NCBI RefSeq assembly: GCF_046119375.1
Contig: NW_027362761.1
Coordinates: 1,035,028,001-1,035,092,000 of the forward strand
Source: Phyllobates terribilis
Lineage: Eukaryota
Length of the DNA: 64,000 bases
Reading direction: 5' to 3'
Each line of letters begins with the position of its first letter. The first letter of the stretch is position 1. A program made the position numbers and the translations under genes. Positions 24,014-37,400 of the stretch are shown piece by piece. The notes under the pieces are model-generated. The model worked only from the letters and a program-made list of their open reading frames with translations. It was not told where the DNA came from and searched no databases.

Positions 24014-26129
24014 AGGGCCTGTTTCATTTGTTGGAAGGAGTCTTCTTGTTTCTTTCCCCATTCCAACGGCGGCTCTGAAGACCTTCTCTTCTTAGCTTGG
24101 CCTACCAGAAGATCTTGTAGGGGCGCTGCCATCTTCGTGTAGCCCTTAATAAATCTTCTGTAATACCCAACCAAACCTAAGAACTGACGTATCTCTCTGA
24201 CGGTGGCCGGCCTTTGCCAGTCCTGGATCGCTGTCACTTTTTCCGGATCTGGTGTTACGCCATCCGCACTGATCACATGCCCTAGGTATTGGACTTTTGG
24301 CTTCAGCAGGTAACATTTAGATGGTTTGAGTTTCATTCCATACTTTGTTAGAGCTGTAAATAGCTCCACCAGGTGTTCCAGATGTTCTTCATACGTTTTG
24401 GAATACACTATGACGTCATCCAGGTATAAAAGTACCGTCTCAAAATTCCGGTGTCCCAGGCAGCACTCCATGAGTCTCTGAAACGTCCCCGGTGCATTGC
24501 ATAATCCAAATGGCATGCTATTGAATTCGCATAGGCCCACTGGTGTTGTGAATGCTGTTTTCTCCCTGTCTTCTTCTGCAACGGAGACCTGCCAATACCC
24601 ACTAGTGAGATCTAATGTGGAGAAATACTTAGCAGTCTTTAATGCAGCAAGAGTCTCCTCTATCCGGGGTAACGGGTAAGCATCTTTGTGAGTGATCTTA
24701 TTTACCTCCCTGTAATCCACACACATCCTCATAGTGCCATCTTTTTTTCTGACTAAGACTAAGGGGGCCGCCCAGGGACTACAGCTATCTCTTATAACCC
24801 CGGCCTCCTTCATGTCCTGCAGCATCTCTTTAGCACGCTGGTAGTGGTTTGGTGGGATGGGTCTATGTCTCACTTTAATCGGGGGATGATCTCCTGTGGG
24901 TATGTGATGGCGTACCCCTTTTATCCTCCCAAAATCTAATGGATGCTTACTGAATACTTGGCTAAACTCTTGTACTACCCGGTAAACTCCTTGCTTCTGG
25001 TGGTCGGGAGTGGCATCAGTCCCTATGTGCAACTGCTGACACCACTCCTCCAGCTGTCCCTTGGGGTTGTTGTCCTCCGCCTGACTTGAGGCAAGGGCTC
25101 TAGTGTCTGTATGTTATTATTACTGACAGTGTACAGCTTTGCTACAGTAACATACCGGGGTAGTTTCACTTCTTCCTCACCACAATTCAACACACGAATT
25201 GGTACTCTTCCCCTGCCTACATCCACCACCCCTCTAGCTGTCAGCAGTGTAGGTCTATGCTCTGAATATACCGGTTCTACAATTGCCTGGTATTCCTTTC
25301 TTCTGATACCCATAGCTGCTCGACACCATATCATCATTACACTGTTTGGTGGTAATACAATGGGAAACGGGTCTGTTACCCGCGCACTGCCAATCTCCCC
25401 CCCAGACAGATTTACCTGTTGCTTGTGAATTAAGGCACGGATTTCTCTTTGAAGGACTCTCCTCCGCCCAATGCCAGCAGTCTCTGTAATCTGTTGGAGT
25501 AAAAACATCACTTCTTCAAGGCAGTTTTCAATCACATTAGTACCAAGCACCATGTAAGGATATTTGTTATTGGGGTCATCTTCTACCACACATAACCCTT
25601 GGCCTCTCAACTCCACCCTCCCCAGCTTTATTGTCACTTCTCTAAACCCCACCTGATTCAGTGGTTGACCATTAGCTGCTAAAATGACAAGACTAGAGTC
25701 TGGGGGGCTAAGATCAGCATCAGACCAAAATTGCTTGTAAAGGATATGTGGGATGGTGGTGACTTGTGACCCAGTGTCCAATAGGGCCGATGTGGGGATT
25801 CCTTCTAGCGTAATGTTGAGGTACGGGCGGCCTCCCACATACCGACTACGCCAGTCATATGGGCCCTGCCATTTTATTCCTGGGGGTTGGCCCTGGGACC
25901 CAGGAATCTCGGGTTTAAATGACATCTTCTTGCAAAGTGGCCCGGTTTGTTGCAACGAAGGCAAACGGGTTGTCCTGAAAAATCTGTGTGGTCGGTGGCT
26001 CTGCGTCGGAATGGTGCGTTGGTCCCCTGAACGGGCGACTTGTTGATCTCCTCCACGGGCGACATGGCTCTGCGTCGGAATGGTGCGTTGGTCCACTGAA
26101 CGGGCGACATGAGCTTTCTCCTCATCCAC
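24014..26129 (-). pseudogene. pol: Gypsy-1 pro-pol, 5' part (protease and RT)
   Basis: ALLDTGSQ protease motif; YPLPRI, LDLTSGYWQ and LYLDDV RT motifs; frameshift near 25085. Confidence 0.95.
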
Positions 26130-27013
26130 GGAACATCCTCAGGGGATTCAGCTAACTAGATTTTGCTTGGTGGTTGTGCCTCCGGTCTGGCTTGCAAGAG
26201 TTTTAGCACGTAGTCCATGTTTTTGGTTAGTTGTAACACTTGATTACGTAAGTCATCAGCAGATTCGGGTACGACAGCTTGTCCTACCGCTTTTACAGAG
26301 TCTTTAGGGGTAGGCTCTAAGTTTATGTGAGAGGTATTAACCTGCCAGGATGGGATTGCAGGTTTTGCAGGTAATGGGTCTCGTAGTACAGTTATAGCAC
26401 GGTCCTTTAAGGTATTAAAATCCACATCTGGATGATCTAGGACCCACATGTGCACCTGCTGACTGTGAAAGTCTGATCTCAACCCATTCATAAACTGTTC
26501 TGCAAGCAATTTATCTTCGTCTTGCACACTTGCTGGATCTACCTGTTTTATGGACCGGAGTGCCGCTTGTAAACGTAGGGCAAAGTCTCTGATGGTATCT
26601 TGCGGTCTCTGCTTGCATTGGTAGAATAGCATCCTTAGTTCAGACTGTGTGCGTTTTTCAAAAGCAGCTTTGAGCACATTTTCTATAGAGTCTCCATCAG
26701 CATCACTCCAAGTCTCAGCTTCTAGCTCCGCTGCACCTATTAATTGTCCCTGCACAACGGAGGCTCGCTGCTTTCCTGTCATTGCATACATGTCCAGCAC
26801 CGCACACATTTTACATTTGAAAGCTGCTAAGGTACCGGGTTTACCTTCATACGTCGGTAACCACTTGGCTCCCAGTACATACGGCAGGGCAATTGGCATT
26901 ATCGGGGCCATCGCTTCAGATGCTGCGGCTCCTTCACCAGCTGAGGAACCGGCTGCTGCTGCGTCTTGGGCATCCCCACCCTCAAGGTCTCGGACATCAT
27001 CTGTTTCACTCAT
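25874..27013 (-). pseudogene. gag: Gypsy-1 gag with one in-frame TAG
   Basis: The two listed ORFs are in frame across the TAG at 26156-26158; zinc knuckle CLRCNKPGHFARRC. Confidence 0.9.
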
Positions 27014-27262
27014 GACGGTGCCCCCCTAGTTAACCGTTGCCAGCCGCTACGATCAACTCCTTCAGTAACCGGTGACTCTAAAAAAAAAAAAAATGGCGGG
27101 GCTATCCTCGCGCTCCTTTAGCCGCGCCCCTGCGACTCTCTTCGCTCTGTGACGCAGTTTAATTTCTCTATCGCGCAGTAATGACGGCCTTTTTTTTACA
27201 GTACAAAAACATTCAATAAAGTCCAATTTAAGCACACAGTACCCGGTTCTATCGGGCCCGGG

Positions 27263-27280
27263 ATCCTGTTCGTGACGCCA
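27263..27280 (-). promoter_or_regulatory. Primer-binding site TGGCGTCACGAACAGGAT, probably tRNA-Ser(CGA)
   Basis: Lies 3 nt inside the 5' LTR boundary. The + strand ATCCTGTTCGTGACGCCA matches my recollection of a vertebrate tRNA-Ser(CGA) 3' end. Confidence 0.75.
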
Positions 27281-27283
27281 AAC

Positions 27284-28227
27284 TGAGTCGGACTACAGGG
27301 GAGGGGTACTCGGATACCGGGATGGATGGGTTACTTCTGTGGGGATCACGGTTGGTCGGTTCCCGGTTCCGTGCCCTGGACCGTCAGTAAAGGGATGGGG
27401 GTGAGGATGATGGGAGTATTGTGTCCTGACGCCTCCTGTGGTAACTGGTAAAATCGGTTACCAGCGCTGTGTATGGTTGCTGAGGTGATCGGCATATGGC
27501 TTGTACGAACGCTATAGGCAGTAATGTCAAAGCAGGCACACACACACATTAAGTCTTTGTTTCAGTACCTTTCTTTTACTGATGTCCGGTAACAGGTACA
27601 GTTCAGGAGGGTAACCAGGTTTTTGGTGCAGGTAGAGATATTCACCCTGGAGATTTGTGAGGCCTCCTCTCACAATATGTGCGTTGTTTGGGATCAGTCC
27701 TGCCTTAAGCTGAACCTGCCACCTTTTACTTTCTTTGGGGTCCTTTTCCACAACTGACAATGAGGACCTTTCCTTGGGGCTACCAATTCTCTTTCTGGGC
27801 CCCTGGTCCTATACTTGGTCAAGTTTGGCAACTCTTTCCCCTTCTTCTTCAGGGGGGGTAGATCCTCCTGATCTGTCCGGGTTTTCTATGCTATTCCTGA
27901 ATTAATAGCAATCTCGGTCTCTGGTGTCCGGATGAGCTAAAGGGATAATAGTTTTATCTCTTTCTTTCTCCTTCTAGCCTCCGTCCCTCTCTCTAGGGCG
28001 CTTCACAACACAGACCTGTTTCCTAGTTCAGGGCTTCACTGGTCCTCGGCCAACAGCTCTCTGTCTCTCTCCTCCTTCACCCGTCTCTAGACTAACTGCC
28101 ACTTTGCTGTCTCCCTGGAAACTGACTCCTCCCCTCAGACCTGGGGTGGAAGGTGTTGTGTGTGCCCAAGTGTACATCTCTCCCTGCACCTATGGATCCT
28201 GTGGTAATCCCCCGCAGGGGTGCCACA
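27284..28227 (-). repeat. Gypsy-1 5' LTR
   Basis: TG...CA, 944 bp, direct repeat of 7249-8192. Confidence 0.97.
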
Positions 28228-29496
28228 GTATGATGTATGATGCTCTAGGTAGGCGACTGCACCCCCTACCGGTAGCGACGCTACTGATGTCTAAGGATGC
28301 ACCGTACACTCCCATATTAGAATCCCCATATAACAAGTGTTAATCTCTTTTACAGACGTCTTGTCATTTCTCTGTTATATTGCTGTATTATCTATGTAGG
28401 ACTAATATCCTCTAATACAGTTTATTTCTTCATCATTTTTTCACTATTTTAGAAACAGCTGAGTTGGCGGATCCTGACAGTGTGATCTGTGACATCCCAG
28501 AGATCCAAGAATCTGCTGATGTAAGTATTATACATCTCGTATGTGAATCAACGGATCATGGTGTGTGAATGACCCATCCAGTATTATCCCCCATATAACC
28601 AGTTGACATCTCTATTCTAAGAGTAGATGACACCATTGCGTTAGATTTAGCATTTATATTAAAGGGAATCTGGCAACAGGTTTTTGCTACTCATGTGAGA
28701 GCAGCATGTTGTAGGAGCAGGGAACCTGATTCCAACGATATATCCAATACCTTACTGAGTGCAGCAGTTGTGATACAATCACTACTTTTTCTGCGGCACA
28801 TCTGGCAGAGCTCTAAGTGCTGAGCCCTGTATAACCCCACCCACACCAGTGATTGGCAGCTTCTTGTGTGCACTGTGCATAGGCAGAAAGCTGCTAATCA
28901 ATGGTGGGGTTACATTGAGCAATAGAACTACATGGCACGAGACAGACAGTCCTCTAGTGATATTCTCCAGCTTGTATCGTCCCTACATCGGATCAGTGCA
29001 CATTAGTTGGGACATAATATAGGGGGAGAAGTTTCTGTATCTGGAGATTTTTTCCTGCATATTATGTATCTTAATATCATTTCTTCTTCTTTTCTAGAAC
29101 TTGATCAAATCATTGGTCCCGGCAGGAGAGCCGCACATGAGCGACTATGAGACATCTAAACTCATCAGCAGTGGAAATTTTGGGTGAGATTTCTGTTGTA
29201 TCATCCACATTTCTCAGGGTTCCCTATGACAATGCTTCAGCCTCTGTGCTCGGACATTCAGTGTTATCATAGTGACATGATGAGTCCACACCATTGTCCA
29301 CATGTAATGGTCACTATTCAGCTCAGTTATATACAGTTGAGCAATTATGTCTTGCGGTGTGGAGGGAGCATAATAAACTTCTTAAGGTCACTGGACGACT
29401 TTCAATTTAGACCAATTTTTATTTAGACTGAATTGTATCTACTGGTGAAATATAGTGAATCTGTCCGGGATGAATATCGGTAGATTCTCTTATCTG

Positions 29497-31870
29497 TAAT
29501 GTGACCTAGGTGAGGGCAGACGTGGCATTGTGCAGACCTCCCATAGGTGATAATGTGACCTTGGTAAGGGCAGACGTGGCATTGTGCAGACCTCCCATAG
29601 GCGATAATGTGACCTTGGTGAGGGCAGACGTGGCATTGTGCAGACCTCCCATAGGCGATAATGTGACCTAGGTGAGGGCAGACGTGGGATTGTGCAGACT
29701 TCCCATAGGTGATGTGACCTGCAGGAGGGCAGACGTGGCATTGTGCAGACTTCTCATAGGTGATAATGTGACCTTGGTGAGGGCAGACGTGGCATTGTGC
29801 AGACCTCCCATAGGTGATAATGTGACCTTGGTGAGGGCAGACATGGCATTGTGCAGACCTCCCATAGGCGATAATGTGACCTAGGTGAGGGCAGACGTGG
29901 CATTGTGCAGACTTCCCATAGGTGATAATGTGACCTTGGTGAGGGCAGACGTGGCATTGTGCAGACCTCCCATAGGCGATAATGTGACCTTGGTGAGGGC
30001 AGACGTGGCATTGTGCAGACCTCCCATAGGCGATAATGTGACCTGCGGGAGGGCAGACGTGGCATTGTGCAGACTTCCCATAGGTGATAATGTGACCTTG
30101 GTGAGGGCAGACGTGGCATTGTGCAGACCTCCCATAGGTGATAATGTGACCTTGGTGAGGGCAGACGTGGCATTGTGCAGACCTCCCATAGGCGATAATG
30201 TGACCTTGGTGAGGGCAGACGTGGCATTGTGCAGACCTCCCATAGGCGATAATGTGACCTAGGTGAGGGCAGACGTGGCATTGTGCAGACTTCCCATAGG
30301 TGATGTGACCTGCGGGAGGGCAGACATGGCATTGTGCAGACCTCCCATAGGCGATAATGTGACCTAGGTGAGGGCAGACGTGGCATTGTGCAGACTTCCC
30401 ATAGGTGATAATGTGACCTTGGTGAGGGCAGACGTGGCATTGTGCAGACCTCCCATAGGCGATAATGTGACCTTGGTGAGGGCAGACGTGGCATTGTGCA
30501 GACCTCCCATAGGCGATAATGTGACCTGCGGGAGGGCAGACGTGGCATTGTGCAGACTTCCCATAGGTGATAATGTGACCTTGGTGAGGGCAGACGTGGC
30601 ATTGTGCAGACCTCCCATAGGTGATAATGTGACCTTGGTGAGGGCAGACGTGGCATTGTGCAGACCTCCCATAGGCGATAATGTGACCTGGGTTCTGGGT
30701 GAGGGCAGACGTGGCATTGTGCAGACCTCCCATAGGTGATAATGTGACCTTGGTGAGGGCAGACGTGGCATTGTGCAGACCTCCCATAGGTGATAATGTG
30801 ACCTGGGGGAGGGCAGACATGGCATTGTGCAGACCTTCCAAAGGTGATAATGTGACCTGGGTGAGGGCAGACGTGGCATTGTGAAGACTTCCCATAGGTG
30901 ATAATGTGACCTGGGTGAGGGCAGACATGGCATTGTGCAGACCTCCCATAGGTGATAATGTGACCTGGGGGAGGGCAGACGTGGCATTGTGCAGACCTTC
31001 CAAAGGTGATAATGTGACCTTGGTGAGGGCAGATGTGGCATTGTGCAGACCTTCCATAGGTGATAATGTGACCTAGGTGAGGGCAGACGTGGCATTGTGC
31101 AGACCTCCCATAGGTGATAATGTGACCTGGGTGAGGGCAGACGTGGCATTGTGCAGACCTCCCATAGCTGATAATGTGACATAGGTGAGGGCAGACGTGG
31201 CATTGTGCAGACCTCCCATAGGTGATAATGTGACCTAGGTGAGGGCAGACGTGGCATTGTGCAGACCTCCTATATGTAATAATGTGACCTTGGTGAGGGC
31301 AGACGTGGCATTGTGCAGACTTCTCATAGGTGATAATGTGACCTGGGTGAGGGCAGACGTGGCATTGTGCAGACCTCCCATAGCTGATAATGTGACCTAG
31401 GTGAGGGCAGACGTGGCATTGTGCAGACTTCCCATAGGTGATAATGTGACCTGGGTGAGGGCAGATGTGGCATTGTGCAAACCTTCCAAAGGTGATAATG
31501 TGAACTGGGTGAGGGCAGACGTGGCATTGTGCAGACTTCCCATAGGTGATAATGTGACCTGGGTGAGGGCAGACGTGGCATTGTGCAGACCTTCCAAAGG
31601 TGATAATGTGAACTGGGTGAGGGCAGACGTGGCATTGTGCAGACCTCCCATAGGTGTTAATGTGACCTGAGTGAGGGCAGACATGGCATTGTGCAGACCT
31701 CCCATAGGTGATAATGTGACCTGGGTGAGGGCAGACGTGGCATTGTGCAGACCTCTCATAGGTGACAATGTGACCTGGGTGAGGGCAGACGTGGCACTGT
31801 GCAGACCTCCCATAGGCGATAATGTGACCTGGCTAAAGACAGACGTGGCATTGTGCACACCTCCCATAGG
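29497..31870. repeat. Intronic minisatellite, 54-bp unit GTGACCTTGGTGAGGGCAGACGTGGCATTGTGCAGACCTCCCATAGGYGATAAT, about 44 copies, some 51-bp variants
   Basis: Direct periodicity; explains all ORFs at 29423-32036. Confidence 0.96.
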
Positions 31871-33857
31871 TGATCTATGTAGTGATATTTCATCTATTTC
31901 TAGATGTGGATTTCTAGTGATGGTCGGACTTCTAGTATTAAACATTAGTACAGAAGATCATATAATGACTTCTATAAAGGGACTGTTAATAATGATTTCT
32001 TATAGATTCTTCTTCTCTCCAGGGCCGTCTACTTAGTGCACCATAAAGACTCACAACAGATCTTTGCCATGAAGAAAATGGCCAAGCGTAACCTGGAATA
32101 TCCAGCAGGAGTGGAAGCGGCCTTTCTGGAGAGGGACATCCTGACATTTGCTGATAATCCCTTTGCTCCTTCCCTACGAGATCTCACCTGTGTGTGGTCA
32201 TGGAGTATGTAGGAAGTAGGACACGTACATTGTATTATATTCAGCCCATGTCTGCTGACATCTTATCATCACTCATATCATTAGGATTGTCCCCGTGTAG
32301 ACGAGATGTGACATCACTTTATGTTATTAGTTACATGGAGGACATTTCACCATGACTTCAGACTAATATTATGTGCACTATGCATTATATGTTTCTATAC
32401 TCTCTCTTGCCTCAATGTCTCTTCTCACTTCTCATTATACATCGTGGTGATCTGCTGTAAAAACCCCTCACCTCTTACATTTCCTTTCTTCTATAGGTGG
32501 AGACTGTGGGACCCTCCTAAGCACCAGGGGTCCGCTACCTGTCCCCTTGGCCCGCTTGTACTTTGCAGAAGCGGTTGTTGCTGTAGAATAGCTACGGTGT
32601 GGTGCACAGAGACCTGAAGCCGGATAAGTAAGTGCCCCCGTAGTATAATAAAGAGGTAAAGTTATCATCTATTATCACATAGATCCTGTTTACAACTGCT
32701 GGACACATAAAAGTCACTGATTTTAGAGTTTCAAAACTTGGTCTCATGATACCAAAAACCAACGTCCACAAGGAATTAGCGGTGGACATCTGCAAAGAGT
32801 TCCTGGACAGCGAGGTCAGCATCACTTACAGGAACCTAGCTTGTTCTTTACAAATCTCATTACACTATTGTCTCTACTGTACATTCTTCATTTCTAGAGA
32901 ACTTTTCCACTGATATTTTGTCTTTTGTCACTGTGTTTTTATGGTGAGAACGAACACTTCACAATAATCGTTTTATCGATTCTCATCTTGATCTTCTATT
33001 GGTTTTCAGGTCTGGGACACACCATATTACATCGCCCCAGAGGTCTTCCTGAAAGAAGGCTACGGAAGACCTGTTGACTGGTGGTCAATGGGGATCATCC
33101 TGCACGAATTCCTTGTGGGATCTGTACCATTTGATGAGAATACACTAACTGAGCTTTATAAAACTGGCCAAATTGGTAAGTAGAATAATCCAATCATTGC
33201 TTTCACTGACTACATTGGTTTAGTTATTTTCCTTTGCTTTATCTTAAAGTTCAATGCAGACTTTTTATTTTCTGTAATTTTCTAAATAACAGGAGACATA
33301 ATTTGGGATTGGGATCATGCTCCTCCCCCTGATGCTCAGGACCTCATCAATGAGCTGCTCAGAAGAAATCCTGCGCACAGACTTGATACAGGTAATATAT
33401 ATATATATATAATATTTATTTTTACACATATCACTCATGTCCATAAGGATCAGCACTTCTCTGTCTGCTTGCCTATTTGTAGTTCTCCATACTATGACTT
33501 TCAGTTTATTTCCTTCATGTCTACTTGCTTATGTCATTAGTTTAGATTAAGATAAACTGTTCAGATATGGAGCCGTCTCTAACAATGTCCGAATCACTTC
33601 TGTTTTTCTTTTTCCAGGAGGAGCATCTGAGATCAAGGGCCATCTGTTCCTGAGTGACTTAGATTTTGACAACTTCTAAGTCAGAAGCCGGAGTATGTTC
33701 CTCAGCTTGTGTCAGATGAGGACACCATCTTATTTATCAGTAAGTAGAAGGAGACGTCATCTAGACTAAGCGGCTGTTTGTCTCATCTTCCATAAAATGT
33801 GACAATTGGTTCCCATTAATATTAGTGATTAATGGAGACTGTGTTATACTGACAAAC

Positions 33858-33890
<33 letters not shown>

Positions 33891-35958
33891 CGTCATTACC
33901 TATGTCTTGTAGATCACTCTGATATAAACAAACATCTGGTCTCAGAGGATGAGGAGGACACAAGTGAGGACAATGAGAGCCTTGACTTACAAAATTTTAT
34001 ATCATCTTCTGACAGGCTTTCTAAAGGAAGTATGTGATCAAAAAATTCAGAATATGTAAAAAAAAAAGATCTCTAAAAGTAAAAAAATTATTTTATATCT
34101 TATTTTTGCTTGTATTTAGCTCTATACCACCGCTATCAGGACAATGAATGATGAGGACCCCAAGTCCTCTCCCGAGTGTACCCAATCATCCAGCACAAAC
34201 ATCTCAGAAATGTGAGTAGACTATGGAGTCATTACTGGAAGCTCCAGGCTGATATATTTGCACAACACCAAATATAGGACATAAATACGATAATATCAAA
34301 TGCAGCATGCACCGCCCCATGATTAGTGGTCATTGTACTTTTGGCTTCAGAAATCGCTGGTGATAACAGTCCATAATTGCAGCCATCATGCATTTTTACT
34401 GCTGCTCACACTGTAGGAGAGATGTAGTTTTGAATGCCAGCCATTCTTGGTAGTTGTTTTCTGCTCTGATCCACAGAAGATAGTTTTGAGCAGGAGACAT
34501 TCCCCACTATGACAGTCAAATGTCCTATTAGTCTTTATAGTCGGTGTTCTTCTACTGAGACAATCCCTTATATACTGCGTTTACTGTGATTTACCTATTT
34601 TCTTCTTCCAAACAGGCAGAAAGAATCTTTCCGTCAATCTGACAGAGAAGACACTATAATCAGCTTGCCATCCTCGTCCCCATTGTCAGGTATGTACATG
34701 TGTACAGCACCAAGAATGGAAATGTTGACATCAAGACTCAAATATTTCCACATGGTTTTTCTGTTTGATGGATCCCAATGATATTGCCCATGAGCCCATA
34801 TTGTATTTCAGTTTCCTTACATTTTGTACAGTTTTTTCATGGATTCTGTGTTGGAGCATCCAGTAACCTACGTCATCATAATGAGACATCGTCTCCCATA
34901 GTAGTATATCGCTCATTAGGGATGCACCATATGGTGACACATAGGGCATTCACTGCTCCATATTAGTGATACATCTAATGCCCCTCAGATGAGGTCTTGT
35001 GTGGTATATAGGACTTATTCTGCCCTATTATGATGTAATACCAGATTACCAGGACATAGGGGACAGGACTAGAACAATTCTATTATGTACAGGAAACATA
35101 CAAAGCAGATGCCATAAGAATATGTTGTTAATGAGGTTTTTTTTAACTTTCTAAGCAGAATTTCCAGCTGAGGAGGAAAGAAAATCTGTAACAAATCTGA
35201 GTATAGAACAACAAAAAACAGAAAATGGAGAAAGGGGGAAAAAGAAACGAGGTGTGAGAATCAGCTCCATATTGTGTAATGTCAGTGAGAATAATTAATG
35301 TGGAGCAGATGTTATCTGTCAGTGATGGATTGTCACATGTATGATGGCTGACAATGATCCCTGACCTCTGTATGAATGATTCCTCTGCCATCCGGCCACA
35401 GTGACCGCACAGTAGTATCATGTAATATGGAGTCCCATCACTTACATTATATTTATTTCTCTTCTCTTAGGTTCCATCTTCCACCGGATCTTATCATCCT
35501 GCCGGCGTGGATTATCCAGGGCAGCTCGCGTATTTGCGTGTTGTCACTGTTGCCCTAAAACCATCTAAAAGACAGGAAACCTGAAGTCCAGCAGATCCAC
35601 CATCGCTGCTGGACCTGTATATAAGGACCTTCACCAGTTACCTGAGGCCTTCTGACTGTTACATCTCTACCCGGACATGTATCACCTCTGTCACCAGGCT
35701 CCGTGGTATTCATACTGCTTGCCTGTCTGGGCTTTTACTGATCACCCGGTATCTGACCCCAGCTGTCCTCCTGACTATGATTTCGCCTATTGATTCTGTT
35801 CCTGGTTTTCTCCCTCCCTTATCCTCCTATCCTATTATCAATAAAAAAAATTAAAAGTAATTTACTGAGATTTTTTTGCATTCATCAAACTTTACTCTAC
35901 ATTTTAATTGCTAAAAATAACGTATTATCACTCCTGTGTTAAACCACATTTATGCCAA

Positions 35959-36952
35959 TGTGTCACCCTGGCCTGGATGCCACAAAATGTAATAAAGCTG
36001 TGTCTGAGAGCAAGGGGGAGGTTCTCTAGTCAGGGGAACATTAGCATGCAATGCCTCCTGTCTCAGGCCAGTAGGGGGAGCTGGCTGCCCCTATAAAAGC
36101 TGGTACTGGGGGCAGGGTTAGGGAGAACTGGATGGCCTGTCTCAGCACTGAGACGTGTCCCAGAGCAGAGCAGGGACAGAAAGTTGTATTGCACCTAGGA
36201 GGAAGTGTCTTGGCAGATAAAGGACTTAATTTACCAGACTTTGGTGTCTGAGGCTGGGAGGATTCCACATCCTACAGCAGATAACCAGTCCACAGGGGAC
36301 TGTATATTCCTTGGCCTAAGAAGCCTGGAGGCTCTGCCACAACAGAAGGGACCAGCACAGCCGTACCAGGCTGTGAGCAGAAAGGAACCCAAGTTGCAGA
36401 CCATACATGCGAGAATACACGGAGAGCTCGGAAACGTGGGCTGTTACCCTATAAGGAGGAGGTAGCCAGAAGGAGCGCAGAAAGCACGGTAGGCCTACAC
36501 CCTCACCCTGACCAGGGCCAATTTCCCCGTTGCTCTGAGACATCCAGGTGCCCTCCTAGCCGGGACTGTTTGTGGGTCAATTTACCTGTTCTAGTAAAGA
36601 CCCTGGACTGCAACCTGTTGTCTGTGTGCTCCTTGCTCCTCCAGCACTATCAGCACTGGGACTCTCACTACCATCACTCCCACCATCCACTACACTGCAC
36701 TGGGGCTGCACTCTTCCCGTGGGGAGTCACACCATCCCAGCTGCATACATCATCCGCCCCAGCGGTCTGCCTTGCAGCGGCGGTTCATAATGACCGCAAA
36801 TCCATGGGTTGCGTAGTCGGACATAATCATCAGCGCATAATGGACTACCACTGGCCTGACCACCCTGAGCCACGGAACCGGGTTGCCACTACTACTCCCA
36901 TCGTTCCCCTATTGCCCGGATCCGAGTGCCCCACGGCCCAGGGGGCGAGTCA
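35959..36952 (+). mobile_element. Solo LTR related to the Gypsy-3 LTR, opposite orientation
   Basis: TG...CA ends that are reverse complements of the 37838-38857 ends; flanks CCAA and CCTA (one mismatch). Confidence 0.7.
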
Positions 36953-37039
36953 CCTATATGTACAGTATATACATATGTACAGAATATATACTTTCGATAC
37001 TACAAAAGCTATTGCTGTTGCTCTGATTCATTTTTTGTC

Positions 37040-37400
37040 TTGAACTCACTACTAACTGTTCTTCTCCTCATTAAATGCATTTCTCATTATCCTGAATGCA
37101 GCAGCCAAGCTAATATTTCTGTCCAGCAGCTCCACTGACACCTCCACCCTGTTCCAGGCATTGCACTCACCCACAAAGCTCTACACAGTGCTGCACTGTC
37201 CTACATCTCCTCCCACATCTCGATCTACTGCCATATCTACACTCCAATGAGCTAAGACTAACATCTTCTACAATCAGGACCTCCCATTCCCAAGTCCCAG
37301 ACTTTTTTTTAGTGCTGGACCAGCTCTCTGGAGTGCACTACTCCAGACAATCAGGTTCCCACTGTCTACAGTTTTAAGTGTGTAGTAAAAATAAATAAGT
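37040..37400 (+). mobile_element. Degraded L2/CR1-type LINE 3' remnant
   Basis: CCTGAATGCAGCAGCCAAGCT...GCATTGCACT resembles L2 3' ORF2 sequence; recognised by eye only. Confidence 0.4.

Larger units (their letters stand above)
7249..28227 (-). mobile_element. Full-length Ty3/Gypsy LTR retrotransposon (Gypsy-1), interrupted by the Maverick
   Basis: Two 944-bp TG...CA LTRs, 4-bp TSD GTAT (7245-7248 and 28228-28231), PBS, PPT and gag-pro-RT-RNaseH-IN order. Confidence 0.97.
3924..35568 (+). pseudogene. MAST-like Ser/Thr kinase gene, spliced, with inactivating lesions and no PDZ-encoding exons visible
   Basis: AG/GT-bounded exons at 3924-4025, 4186-4285, 4818-4885, 5602-5701, 28453-28520, 29098-29183 (DYETSKLISSGNFG), 32023-~32214 (AVYLVHHK...FAMKK...[12 protein letters not shown]), 32497-32627 (GDCGTLL...HRDLKPD), ~32683-32814 (HIKVTDFR), ~33011-33175 (GTPYYIAPE...DWWSMGII), ~33292-33391 and ~33619-33738, then more exons to the stop at 35566-35568; AATAAA at about 35841. 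Frameshifting deletions in several kinase exons; DFG has become DFR. Confidence 0.85.

Noticed and set aside
26649-27029. Antisense ORFs over gag, pol, polB and the transposase (also 17727-18014, 40153-40554 and others)
   Set aside because: Shadow frames of real coding sequence with no recognisable motifs.
29423-31057. 544-aa Cys/His-rich repeat ORF (YGRSAQCHVCPHQGHII) resembling zinc knuckles
   Set aside because: By-product of a 54-bp (18-codon) intronic minisatellite. Several frames are open, the frame switches mid-array, and the fourth knuckle ligand is missing.
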